From contig CBDDKY010000003.1 of NCBI GenBank assembly GCA_965230455.1, forward strand, positions 110,948 to 174,947: a stretch of 64,000 nucleotides of DNA, in the 5' to 3' direction. The stretch is from Gammaproteobacteria bacterium. Its GTDB lineage: Bacteria; Pseudomonadota; Gammaproteobacteria; CBDDKY01. Made by a program: the position numbers and the translations under genes. Below the pieces are notes generated by a model that was not told where the DNA came from, ran no database searches, and worked only from the letters and a program-made list of their open reading frames with translations. Below are positions 53,873 to 64,000 of the stretch, one piece after another (within the stretch, counting starts at the first letter, position 1; the number at the start of each line of letters is the position of its first letter).

Positions 53873-54994
53873 ATAGTCCCCGCAGTTGAAACCTCGGGTT
53901 TTTGTAGTAAAATAGTCTAATAGAAAAATTTAGGACATGGTTGTGCTAGAGTATAAATTATCAGAACGAGAATTAATCGAATTAAAATCTCGCCATCAAG
54001 GTAGTAAAAAACGTAAAGAAGCTGATCGCTTAAAAGCGGTGTATTTGCTAGGTAGTGGCTGGAAAATATCAGCAGTAAGAGAAGCCTTACTCTTAAGCGA
54101 AGATACAATACGGGGTTATTATAATAATTACAAGCAAGAGGGGCTGGATGGTTTATTGAAAAGTAAATATTCTGGACGGCAGTCAGAAATGACAAGCTCG
54201 GAAAAAGAAGCTTTATTTTTACATCTTGAATCAGTAACCTATCAACGTGTATCTGATATTATTTTATACGTTGCCAAAGAGTTTGATATTGTCTATTCAG
54301 ATAGCGGTATGCGCTTGATATTGAAAGAGCTAGGTTTTGTTTATAAAAAACCAGAGAAAATTCCCTACAAGGTGAACAAACAGTCCCAAGAAGCATTTAT
54401 TAAGGCTTATAAGTCTCTCAAGAATACTGTAGATAAAGAAGATGGCCTTTATTTTATGGATGCAACGCATCCTGAGCACAATGCTGTCCCTGCGCATGGC
54501 TGGATGAAAAAAGGTGAGCGCATAGTCATGAAGTCAAACCCACAACCAAGACGTTTAAACATTAATGGTGCGATTAATATAGACAGTTTAGATATGGTTG
54601 TTAGATTTGAGGAGCGTTTAAATAAAGAAACAACAAAAGATTTTTTAGAATCTTTACGGAAACATCAGCCAAAAGGTTATATTTATTTAATATGTGACAA
54701 TGCAGGTTATTACCAATCTCCAGAGGTACAAAGTTTAGCTGAGGCGATGGCGATTAAATTAATATTTTTACCAGCCTACTCACCAAATTTAAACTTAATA
54801 GAGCGAGTATGGAAGTTTTTTAAGAAAAAAGTACTGTACAATAAGTACTATGAAGAATTTGAAGAAATGGAAAAGGCTTGTAAAAAATTCTTTAGGCATA
54901 TTTCTTATTATAAAGAAGAGCTGTCATCATTGATGACAGAAAACTTTCAAGTTATAGAGATTTAAAACCCGAATTTCATACTGCACTGACTATA
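53873..54994 (+). mobile_element. IS630-family insertion sequence, copy 3 (tnp 53937..54965; protein identical to copy 2)
   Basis: Same IRs (tatagtccccgcagttgaaacctcgggttttt / aaaacccgaatttcatactgcactgactata). Confidence 0.85.
53937..54965 (+). CDS. IS630 family transposase
   Basis: 342 aa, identical to 11353..12381. Confidence 0.85.
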   Translation: MVVLEYKLSERELIELKSRHQGSKKRKEADRLKAVYLLGSGWKISAVREALLLSEDTIRGYYNNYKQEGLDGLLKSKYSGRQSEMTSSEKEALFLHLESVTYQRVSDIILYVAKEFDIVYSDSGMRLILKELGFVYKKPEKIPYKVNKQSQEAFIKAYKSLKNTVDKEDGLYFMDATHPEHNAVPAHGWMKKGERIVMKSNPQPRRLNINGAINIDSLDMVVRFEERLNKETTKDFLESLRKHQPKGYIYLICDNAGYYQSPEVQSLAEAMAIKLIFLPAYSPNLNLIERVWKFFKKKVLYNKYYEEFEEMEKACKKFFRHISYYKEELSSLMTENFQVIEI

Positions 54995-55209
54995 TAGTCC
55001 CCGCAGTTGAAAGTTCGGGAAATTATTTGTTAATGTGATAACATAAGTTTTATATTTTAGCGCCTGGATGTTAGTCAGATTTGGACAATTTTTACTGAAA
55101 AAACGAGGATTTTAGCTATTCTAAATGACAAGTTTTTTCAGTAAAAATTGTTCAAAGATGGCTGGCAGACAGACAGCTAAAACCCGAGGTTTCAACTGCG
55201 GGGACTATA
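54995..55209. mobile_element. IS630-derived MITE (internal-deletion derivative, ~215 bp) abutting copy 3
   Basis: Left IR tagtccccgcagttgaaagttcggg. Right IR aaaacccgaggtttcaactgcggggactata, a perfect inverse of the IS630 left IR. No transposase between them. Confidence 0.65.
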
Positions 55210-55537
55210 TACCCTTAATTTTTACAAGCCTATTTTTACTCAGCTTTTCAATCTATTTTGCCCTGCAGCTATTTAGAGATAATTATTTATTAACTACCCA
55301 GTCCAATAATCTCAGTGAAGCAGCTGCTTTTTCTGCTATCGCAAACTTCCAAAATTATATTGTTTGCTTCATTTCACCTTTACTAATAGTGCTACTATCG
55401 AATCACTTTTCTAGCTTAGAAGCAATAGTTGCAGCGCTAAGTTTACAGGTGACATTTATTATACTCAGTATACGTGGCAAATCATATTTACAATTAAATT
55501 TTAATAACCAAGGCTAAATTTTGGCCCTCACCCATTG

Positions 55538-56180
55538 AAGGGGCATTTTAATCAACGTTAGGCTACCCTGACACCTTGATTTAGCGATCATAAAGGAGAT
55601 TAAAATGCCCAAGACTAATAATATCCTAGATTTACCCGGCTTTTCCATCAAGAAAGTCACTAAAAGCACCTCGTTAGTACCCGATGTCCATTACCGCCAT
55701 TTACCTCACTGCAACAGTAAACACGCGTGTAAAAAAGACCGCTTCTTAAGGCAGGTTAAACATGAATTCTTTGGTCATCGACCTACGCTCTTACAATTCA
55801 CCGCTTACAAGCTCTATTGTCATGACTGTAAACGCTATAGCAACCAATGCTTCCCAGGCATTGGCAAGCATCAACGCGCTACACAGCGACTTAAAAAATA
55901 AGTCTTCCATCAACATACCGATGACATCTCACAAAAGTCCCTAGCTAAAAACTTTAAGCTCAGCAAAGCCATCATTGAAATATGGTATCAACAACTCTAC
56001 CGACTGGAAAACTAAGAACATGATAATGACCCATGCCCAACAGTACTCAGCACTGATGAGCATTCCTTTAATCGCAAAACGAGCTATGGCTTATGTCCTG
56101 AGGGACCGACACAAATTCATTTTTAAAAACAAAGGGTTGAGAAATAATTATAGGTTTCTTGCTTTAAGAAGCTAAGCGCT
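55538..56180 (+). pseudogene. ISL3-family element remnant: left IR plus N-terminal zinc-finger part of the transposase, frameshifted
   Basis: IR ggggcattttaatcaacgttagg. ORF 55605..55901 has a CxxC...H..C N-terminus like ISL3 transposases, and the next fragment follows in another frame. Confidence 0.5.
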
Positions 56181-57305
56181 TCCCTATATTGTTCATTGGT
56201 TATTTGATAACGCTTATAAATTAATTCACAACCTAAAAAGAAACGCGATAGCACTCGCCTATGTTTCGTTGAGTTTGCTTGAAAGTGCCATTGTAAATTA
56301 TTCATCTCACCAACCGTGCCTATCAAATAAGCAAATAAGGACGCTAAGGCTGCAATGATGAGTATCACCCGATATCGGCTTTTGCTCTTTGAAAAAGTCT
56401 CTCGAAGCCCAAGACCATAGCGTCCACTTTTCATGTCACGGAACCCCTATTCTATACTCATCCGTAACTGATAAGCACCAACAATGTACTTTGCAGGAGC
56501 TTCTAAGGATGATATTAATAACCAAGGTTCTATCACTGACGCTTTGTGGCGATTACTTTTTTGCGTGCGGCTAGGGCGACCTGTTCGCGTATGTGCATGA
56601 CGTCCTTGGCCTGGCTTTTTATACAAGTAAAAGAAACCTGGAAATTCTTTTTGTCGACAATAATAGCCTTCCCCTAGATACTTAGGCTTCTTCGTCGCCT
56701 TACCCCACACATCATGCCAATCGTCCGGTTGCAAATCCTCATCTGTAGAGATATTACTGTGCCCCCTCAGACGACCAATAAAGTCCCACCCTAATTTACG
56801 CACTAACGTGAACCAAGACAAACGAAACTCCACGTCTGTCACTAAAATGGGGTGACACGTTTCTGGAAGAACATGCTTTAGTTTATTTAAAAAGTAACGA
56901 TATAAACGAACACTAAACTGTTCGCTTCGCTCATATATATGCTCATATAATGTGATGGCACGTCCAGCACTTACAACACTCGCTCGCAAGATATACCAAT
57001 CACTATTAGGGAGTTTGCTGCCATCAATCACAATAAAGGGCTGCTCAGTTTGAATCACTTCATGACAGATAGCTCGGTATATCAGGTCTGTTTCTGTCAT
57101 TAGATTAGTATTACTATACAAACGCTCAACCTTACGAATATTGCTTCCGTGTTTGGTTGTTGTTCTCCAGCTTCCGACCCAGACCAATGACTGAAAGCGT
57201 CTTAGCTTTGGTCACCGTTGCGACAATATCACTCAACGAACTTAAGCGTCTTTTATGAATACTCGTCTTTGATAGTAATTTATGACATAATTCGCCTACA
57301 CACAT
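56123..57305 (-). pseudogene. IS10-like (IS4 family) transposase, two frameshifts
   Basis: Three frames together are collinear with IS10 transposase as recalled: MCVGELCHKLL..KRRLSSL ~ MCELDILHDSLYQF..KRLNSL. IVIDGSKLPNSDWYILRASV..ITLYEHIY ~ IVLVDWSDIREQKRLMVLRASV..VTLYEKAF. IEEGFRDMKSGRYGLGLRET...WHFQANSTKHRRVLS ~ IEETFRDLKSPAYGLGLRHS...HFQANTVRNRNVLS. Confidence 0.7.
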
Positions 57306-57428
57306 AATGAATTCCTTATGAAGCACTTATTTTTTCGTAGTAGTTAAATTAAGGCCTCATTAGATCATACTTCATTATGTGTGTCTATCCTTTCTTATTG
57401 ATTCCCAGGGCAACCAGGGCAATCGACT

Positions 57429-57639
57429 CTAAATTGCATTACAAATAATCTTAGTTCTGAATTTATCATCAAGGGCAGCCATACTGCGCTTACGTTTAAC
57501 GCTCGCCTTTAAGCTTGTGTCGCGTTTAATGATGTTGAGCGCTATATGTCTTATAATGGCATAATTCTCTGGCGACGCTGCTGTTCTGATCCGTGAGCCA
57601 TCTTCACCAAAGGTAACGTCTAACGTCCAGTGCAAAGAG
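57429..57639 (-). pseudogene. ISAs1-family transposase C-terminal exon, downstream of the group II intron insertion point
   Basis: SLHWTLDVTFGEDGSRIR..ENYAIIRHIALNIIKRD matches the ISAs1 C-terminal signature (compare NSLHWVLDVTMGEDLSRVR at 63237..). The N-terminal 40 aa of the track ORF are intron read-through. Confidence 0.65.
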
Positions 57640-60564
57640 TGGTGAGTAAGCCGACGGAACCTCCCCATCGGCTTCTCGCAGAACCGGACGTGACAGTCTC
57701 CCGTCATCCGGCTCCCATCAGGCAAACGCACCTCGCATACCTGCTCGCCAGTGTACAAATAAGTGGGGTTCCTTCTCTGCTATATTTTCCAGAAACCTTG
57801 ATGCCCACGTTTTACGATGTCGGAATCGTTTGTATTTCCTCATCGCCCAAGCTACTAACGTTTTATTAAAGTGACGCCAAACCGGATATAGAGCCGATCG
57901 TTGATACTGCCCATAGTAATATAGCCACCCGCTCAATACGGGGTTATATCTCTTTGCAATATCATTGAGGCTTAAATCTGCTCTGTTACGCCAATTGAAT
58001 TTCTTAGTTGTCGCCCGCATCGATTTTAATGCCGCTTTACTAACCGCAGGAGTAAAACTAACAAACAGACTATTGCGTTTGCTGTTCTTTACTAATCGCG
58101 GCCTGAACGTATATCCCAAAAAATCAAATGATGTTTGGTGATACTTGCCCTTGCGGCTCCCATCTTTGCAGTAGACTATCTTTGTTTTATCAGGATGTAG
58201 TTCCAATCCACACTCTGTAAATCGTCTCGTTAACGCAGACAATAGTGCCTGCGCTTCTTGTTCTGTTCTACAGTGTGCTAATCCATCATCTGCGTAGCGG
58301 CACCAGGGGGTTGCTTCATAATTTCGTTGCATCCAATGGTCATAAACATAGTGTAAAAATAGGTTGCTTAACACCGGACCAATCAGAGACCCTTGTGGAA
58401 CACCGGAGATACGCTCTTGTAGCTTACCATCCGGCAATTGCATCGGGGCAACTAGCCAGCGTCTTATATACAACTTCACCCATTTGCACTGTATACGCTG
58501 TGCTCAACTTTTTGAAGGGATAAAAAATAATCAGATAAATCCTTGAGCAAAGACATAACTCTCTGATAGATTAAGATTTTTTGCGAAACCACTTGATCAA
58601 GGAGAGAGTCATGTCCGAAGGAGAGTTTATCATTTCTGTGTATTGTTGGGTAGCTGCTATTTATGAGCAAATAGTTGGCAATATTAAATTAAGACCACGG
58701 GGTTTTCCCCCAAAACTCAGCGCTCCCGAGTTAATCACAATGGAATTGGTGGGTGAGTTTCTTGGAAAAGACAGTGACAAAGCGATTTGGTACTATTTCA
58801 AAACCCACTGGTCTCACTATTTTCCAACGCTGGGTTCTCGTAGCAATTTTGCAAAACAGTCTGCAAATTTGTGGCATGTTAAACAATTAATTCATCAGCA
58901 CCTGCTGAGCACATTGCAACTAAAAAAAGTGTCCACGCATTTGATTGATGGTTTTCCTATACCTGTTTGTCATTACGCGAGGAGCAAACGTCATCGATTA
59001 TTTAACACGACAGCAGCCTTTGGTTATTGTGCATCAAAAGACGAAAAGTACTATGGATTTAAGGGTAATTTGTTAACGACAGACGCGGGACTCATTGTTA
59101 ATTTTACCTTAACGGCCGCGAATGTTGACGAGCGTACTTCATTATTTGATGTTATCGATGGCATTGAAAATAATTTATTAGGTGACATGGGATTTATTGG
59201 TGAAGACTTACAACAAGAGCTAGCTGAAAATTTTCATATTCACTTGCAAACACCCAAACGAAAAAATATGTTTGATGACCGAGACAAACAATTTCTAAAA
59301 CATATGAAAGACAAACGTCGTCTTATTGAAACGGTTATTGGTCAACTTGTTGAGCGATTTTCAATAACAAAAATCAGAGCCCGAGACCTTTGGCATTTGA
59401 CGAATCGTATAGGGAGAAAATTGCTGGCCCATACCGTCACCGCCATTATTAACATGAACAACAGGAATAAAACTATTCAGTTTGATGGCCTTATTGGGGC
59501 GTAAAGTTGAGCACGGCGTACTGTATATGTTTCTCTACCGCTTTCATCAGCAGTTCATGAGATAAGTTGTCGAATAATCCCTTAATATCAAACTCTAAGA
59601 CCCAATTGTATTGCCAGCAACGTTTCCTGGTAATACCTATCGCGTCTAGCGCTGATTTGTTAGGCCGGTAACCATAAGAATCAGGTAAAAAGTACTTTTC
59701 TACCTGCGGTTCAAAAACCAGCTTAACCACGGCTTGACATATCCGATCGCTAACCGTGGGGACTCCGAGGATCCTTACACCTCCTGCTTTCTTCGGGATA
59801 GGCACTGCTTTCACCGGTGGTGGAAAATAACACCCCGATGACATCCGATTCCAAAGTTTATAAAGATTGTCTTTGAGATTTCTTTCAAAATCTCTTATCG
59901 ACTCTTGGTCAACACCAGCCACTCCAGCATTCGCCTTTACCTGTTTATAGGCTTGGACAAATAACTGTTTCGGTATATTAAATGGTTTTGTCTTTTCCAA
60001 TATTTCCTCCTGAAAAAAAATCAGTTGAATATTAAAATTAACTACCTGACGCAACCCCTTCGCTCCACTGCCATTACAGCAGTTTCATCACTACTACGAG
60101 TTGCCCCGCCCCAGTGCTTTGCATCGGTACTCTGGCTCTCATGGTTTCGCCCATTTGAGTTTCTCCCTTAGCATCAAAACGACTGGTTCCCGCAGTTCCC
60201 TGTAAAAGCCTAGATCAGTCTCATGCCATCTATACGCCGGACACCGTTCACCCAATAACCAGATAACCGATGAACTTATCCCAGGGTATGGAAACGCCCC
60301 TGGTTTTGATGCCTCGTCTCTGGATTACGACGCGTCAACAATGGTTCAGGTCTATTCGTCTTTCTGATCCTCACCTGCCGGACTAAAGTCCGCGCTTTAC
60401 TTCAACGCTGATGACCACCACTCTTAATAGCAGCCACTTGAAGTGGTTTGAAACCCGCTTCTGGAAGCCGATTTCGGAGAGCCTTCCTCCATCTTTCACA
60501 GAGCTTATCCATAAGTTCTTAGTTCATCTTCATTCAGAACCTCCTTCTTATGTGCCTGCGGCAC
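57640..60564 (-). mobile_element. Group II intron inserted in an ISAs1 transposase gene, itself disrupted by an IS982 element
   Basis: Domain V-like gagccggatgacgggagactgtcacgtccggttc at ~57650-57690 (minus). RT/maturase ORF in two pieces (59491..60054 N-terminal RT, 57718..58479 C-terminal RT plus X domain with YADDG). Boundaries inferred from restoring the ISAs1 frame HWRVES|SLHW; 5-prime end GUGCCG.., 3-prime end ..CAC. Confidence 0.65.
58488..59529 (+). mobile_element. IS982-family insertion sequence inside the intron RT gene (tnp 58581..59504)
   Basis: 307-aa DDE transposase of IS982 length and type. IRs gtatacgctgtgctcaacttt / aaagttgagcacggcgtactgtatat. Confidence 0.6.
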
Positions 60565-61485
60565 ACTTTCTACCCGCCAATGTTTGCGAATAATCGGCAT
60601 CATTGATTTGGCATCGGGTACACAGGATGAAATATAAAAGCGTGTATCTTGTGTGTTGTGTGTTTTCATCTGACGTTGAGTTTTCACCATTATAATGCTG
60701 GTTAGCTTTTTCCATTTACCTGTGTCTCTAAAGCAGCCCGATTGTTTGGCGATAGGAACAGCCCAGACTTGTCGGTGCTCAATGCGCCCGTGTCCTTTAT
60801 CGCTTTCTTCATGGAAATCAACATCCACCCCTTTAAAATCAGACTCTAACGCACTTTCAAAAAAAGACTTAACATCAGCATGTAGGTTTCCTTGATTGCC
60901 TTTTAACGCCAAAACATAATCAGATTTCTTTTTTATAATTTGTTCTGCAATCCCTTTTTGGCATCCCATGGCATCAATCGTTACGATACACCCTTTTAGT
61001 GCTAATGAATTTAAAAGTTCTGGAATGGCTGTGATTTCATTACTCTTTTCCGTCGTTTTTTCTTGTCCCAAGACAATACCATTAGCACAACTCCAAGCAC
61101 TAACCATGTGAATGGGGGACTTTGATGACGCTTTATCATAACTACGGCGCACCGTTTTGCCATCAATGGCGACAATATCCCCGGCCGTTGCTGCCGTGAC
61201 GGCCTCTATCCAGTTGATAAAGCATTGCTGAAATTGTTTCGTATCTAACCGCCTCATAACACGGGCAATTGTGTCGTCAACGGGGATCCCGTTCTCGTAA
61301 GGCAGAAATTGCCGCAACCAATCCAGCTTTAAATCGCCAAAATCCTTGATGGCTTTCCAGCCATCACAGCCCGATACAGCCGCGCTGACAACTAAAAAGA
61401 CGATTTCTATTAACGGGTAGGCTTTGGTTCGTTCAATACGTGGGTCTTCTAATTCATTGAAATGGCTTAAAAAATCAATCTTCAT
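60565..61485 (-). pseudogene. ISAs1-family transposase, N-terminal and core part (exon 1 upstream of the intron)
   Basis: FNELEDPRIERTKAYPL.. ISAs1 N-terminus and DDE core. The last 19 aa of the track ORF are intron-encoded. Confidence 0.65.
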
Positions 61486-61559
61486 CGGGCGGCTCCTTGG
61501 GGTGTGAACCGCTATTTGATCATAATAATTGCCGTTTGTCGATCCCTATTACTATCGAT

Positions 61560-62668
61560 TGTCATAGGACTTACGCATTGACAACGGCATCATTTTTTGA
61601 ACGGGCGTTGATGTATTCACGAATGACTTTGACATATAATTCCTTCTTCACCTGATACCAATGTGAAATTTCCTTGTTTAACCGCATAAATTCTAGCTTC
61701 ACATAAGCCTTTATGGCGCAAATATGATTTTTTATAGGATTTTCGTTACGTACTTGAAAGCGTTCAACGTTACACACTTGTTTAATGGCACGATGAAATC
61801 TCTCTATATTCCAGTGCGCATCATGTACTCTAGTGAAATCAACCTTCGTGATACTTTCCAGGTTAGCACGCTCAAATGTGCTCATGATATAATAGCGATA
61901 TGATTTTTTGTATATCTGTCTAAATATCTTCACCATGCCATAATCCTTTAAGTAAAGTGTTGCAGAATCATCAGATGACCAGCCTTCAAATTTTTGTATT
62001 TGAATGTACTCACCACGCGTTTCTGAAATGACACGGTTGCTTTCAATCCCAAACATGAAATTTAGGTTTTGCTTACGAATAAACTTTAAATTGTTCAAGC
62101 TTGAATACCAGCTATCGCCAGTTACCCAGGCGGGCTTTAGTCCCCAAGACAGCACCTCTAGCAGCATGTCTTTAAAATAATCATTCTTAGTTTTACCCAC
62201 TTTCTTATTAACAAGTCTGAAATTAACCGGCACAGAAACACCTTTTATATCAGTGTAAAATAGCGTTATTAAATTTATTCCTTTGACAGACCGTTTATGC
62301 TTCCCAGACCAAAACCAATCTATAAATACAGCCTTGCTTGGGTCACTATAAGGCTTATCCAGCACTGAATCATCAACACTGAGTACGCCGCCTGTTAATT
62401 CAATTTTATTTTTTTCTTCATCATATAAATCTTTTGGCTCAAATCGTTCGCGTGCTAAAAATCGGTTTACGCTATCGTGCGAAACAGTTTCCATAATATC
62501 CCCCAGCCGTGTACAACTTGTGTATTGCGGGTCGCTAAGTAGATAGGAAATGTAAATATCTTCGTTACAACGCGCCGTTGATGGCTTCTTTTTGAGCAGC
62601 ACACCCACCTCCTTGCAAAAAGGAGGCATTTTAACAGAATATTGTCAATGCGTAAGTCCTATGTCAAT
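61560..62668 (-). mobile_element. IS element with 25-bp terminal inverted repeats and an IS4/IS701-like DDE transposase (61571..62629)
   Basis: IRs tgtcataggacttacgcattgacaa (61560) and ttgtcaatgcgtaagtcctatgtca (62643). 352-aa transposase with a C-terminal HWNIERFHRAIKQ motif. Confidence 0.6.
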
Positions 62669-62924
62669 ACTTTTTAGATAATCTTGCCCTGCTTTTGGAG
62701 TCTGTACATTGAAAATGAAGGTCATCACGTCTTTACCCGGGAATAATTGATGAACCGCCCTTTCACCACCCCTTCTGGGGTGGTGATCCTTTATAAATCG
62801 CCCTATCGCAATGCCGCCTACGCTCTACCTGTTCTGATACAAAAAACAGACTTATTAATACCCTCACTCCAGCACATCAAGTGTTACAGGCATAGATAAA
62901 AGGATACAAAAAAATATTTATAGT

Positions 62925-62975
62925 GTAGTCGTTCTGTAGTCGATTTAGATTCTGTAGTCGATTTTTTGAAGGGAA
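62925..62975. repeat. Three direct repeats of (c)tgtagtcg(a)ttt next to the tRNA-Met gene
   Basis: gtgtagtcgttctgtagtcgatttagattctgtagtcgatttttt. Confidence 0.5.
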
Positions 62976-63000
62976 AAGGAATATAACTTATTGATTTATA

Positions 63001-63077
63001 TGGTGGCTATGGGTGGACTCGAACCACCGACTCCAGCATTATGAATGCTGTGCTCTAACCGACTGAGCTACATAGCC
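63001..63077 (-). tRNA. tRNA-Met (CAU), elongator type
   Basis: Reverse complement GGCTATGTAGCTCAGTCGGTTAGAGCACAGCATTCATAATGCTGGAGTCGGTGGTTCGAGTCCACCCATAGCCACCA. Close to E. coli elongator tRNA-Met as recalled. Confidence 0.8.
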
Positions 63078-63236
63078 ACGGCAGGCTGCATATTGTGTAA
63101 TGTTATGCCGTATTTGTCAATAACATGATGCAAATTTCTCAGCCCGTTGACTCATAGGAAAAGGTAACCCAATTTAGCCTACTCATTGATTCATAAGGAG
63201 GGTAACCTCAAATGAGTCAACGGGGGCTGTGTCCCA

Positions 63237-64000
63237 TTAAAATTCCTGCATAAGGATGGTATTGAGGGTTTTTTCACCCCATCCAGCTTTATTTTGTAGG
63301 CCTTTGAGGCTCATATCCTTTCGGAACTGGAGTTTGGCACCTCGGAGTAAATTCAAAACAACATGGCGAACCATAGCCATGTTTTCAGGCGCATTATCTT
63401 TTCGCACTCGTGATAAGTCTTCTCCCATCGTGACATCTAAAACCCAATGCAAACTATTCTTAATAGCCCAATAACTACGTATGGCTTGTGCTAATTCTTT
63501 TGCATTCGCAGCCAAACTGCTGCAGCGTCAAAACTTTTTCGTAGACACTTGCCATCAATAGCCATGATTTCCTTTAACGCTGATTGAAAAGACTAAACCC
63601 AGGCAATAAAACATGATTTAAAAGCCTCTGGGTCTAAAGCTGACATGGCCCTAGCGAAGGTGTTCTTTGACGGAATGCCCTGCTCAAAGGGTAGAAAACG
63701 CCGAAGATAGTCCAGTTTTTCTTCGCCAAACGTTACAAAGTCCCACAAGCTTTGTGCCCCACAAATGCTTACACATAAAACAGTGAGTAAGATTTCGTTC
63801 AGCGGATAAAGTTTCTTTCATTCAACTCTTGGGTCTTCCAGTCTATCAAAATGATAAAGAAAGGTGAATTGCTTTGATGTGGCCACCACTAACCTATTGT
63901 TTTGTAAATAAAAAATATAATCGCTTTGTAAACGTTTACCAACCCCTTTTAGCATACTTTTAATGGAACAGCCCTGGCAAATTTCTCCCAAACTGTTCAA
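63237..64000 (-). pseudogene. Second ISAs1-family transposase copy, frameshifted; runs off the window end
   Basis: C-terminal piece 63237..63515 (YWAIKNSLHWVLDVTMGEDLSRVRKDNAPENMAMVRH). N-terminal piece 63818..64000 (..LYHFDRLEDPRVE). The middle is in other frames. Confidence 0.6.

Overview
The window is mosaic. The IS-dense segments at 1-23100 and 47200-64000 hold complete, truncated or disrupted copies or fragments of IS21, IS4-like, IS481, IS630 (two types), ISL3, IS66, IS10-like, ISAs1, IS982, an IS4/IS701-like element and an IS982-disrupted group II intron, together with two MITE families and scattered cargo genes. They flank a conserved core block at 23100-47200, which carries tRNA-Ile2, rpoD, a 16S / tRNA-Ala / 23S / 5S rRNA operon, tyrS, an M23 peptidase, erpA, hemJ, a rubredoxin gene, hemL, rpmB-rpmG, radC, dut, an L,D-transpeptidase-like gene, an SDR gene, class II RNR nrdJ, fba and a hybrid kinase. 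The rRNA and gene content indicate a gammaproteobacterium; ankyrin-like, secreted ADGF-like and EnhA-like genes hint at a host-associated lifestyle, but that is inference. The most interesting locus is at 48790-52088. It reads as an Hcp-family gene, then a 375-aa candidate toxin with a glycine-zipper C-terminus, then a translationally coupled membrane immunity-like gene. Two further tandem 624-bp units follow, each a start-less toxin C-terminal fragment plus an immunity paralog. The cassette sits next to decayed integrase and IS remnants and an orphan 61-bp hcp fragment. Other notable items are a nested ISAs1 / group II intron / IS982 structure, MITEs whose termini resemble the resident IS630 inverted repeat, a 250-bp direct repeat bracketing an ankyrin-like gene, and an IS-split paralog pair with an upstream small ORF and a downstream exporter.
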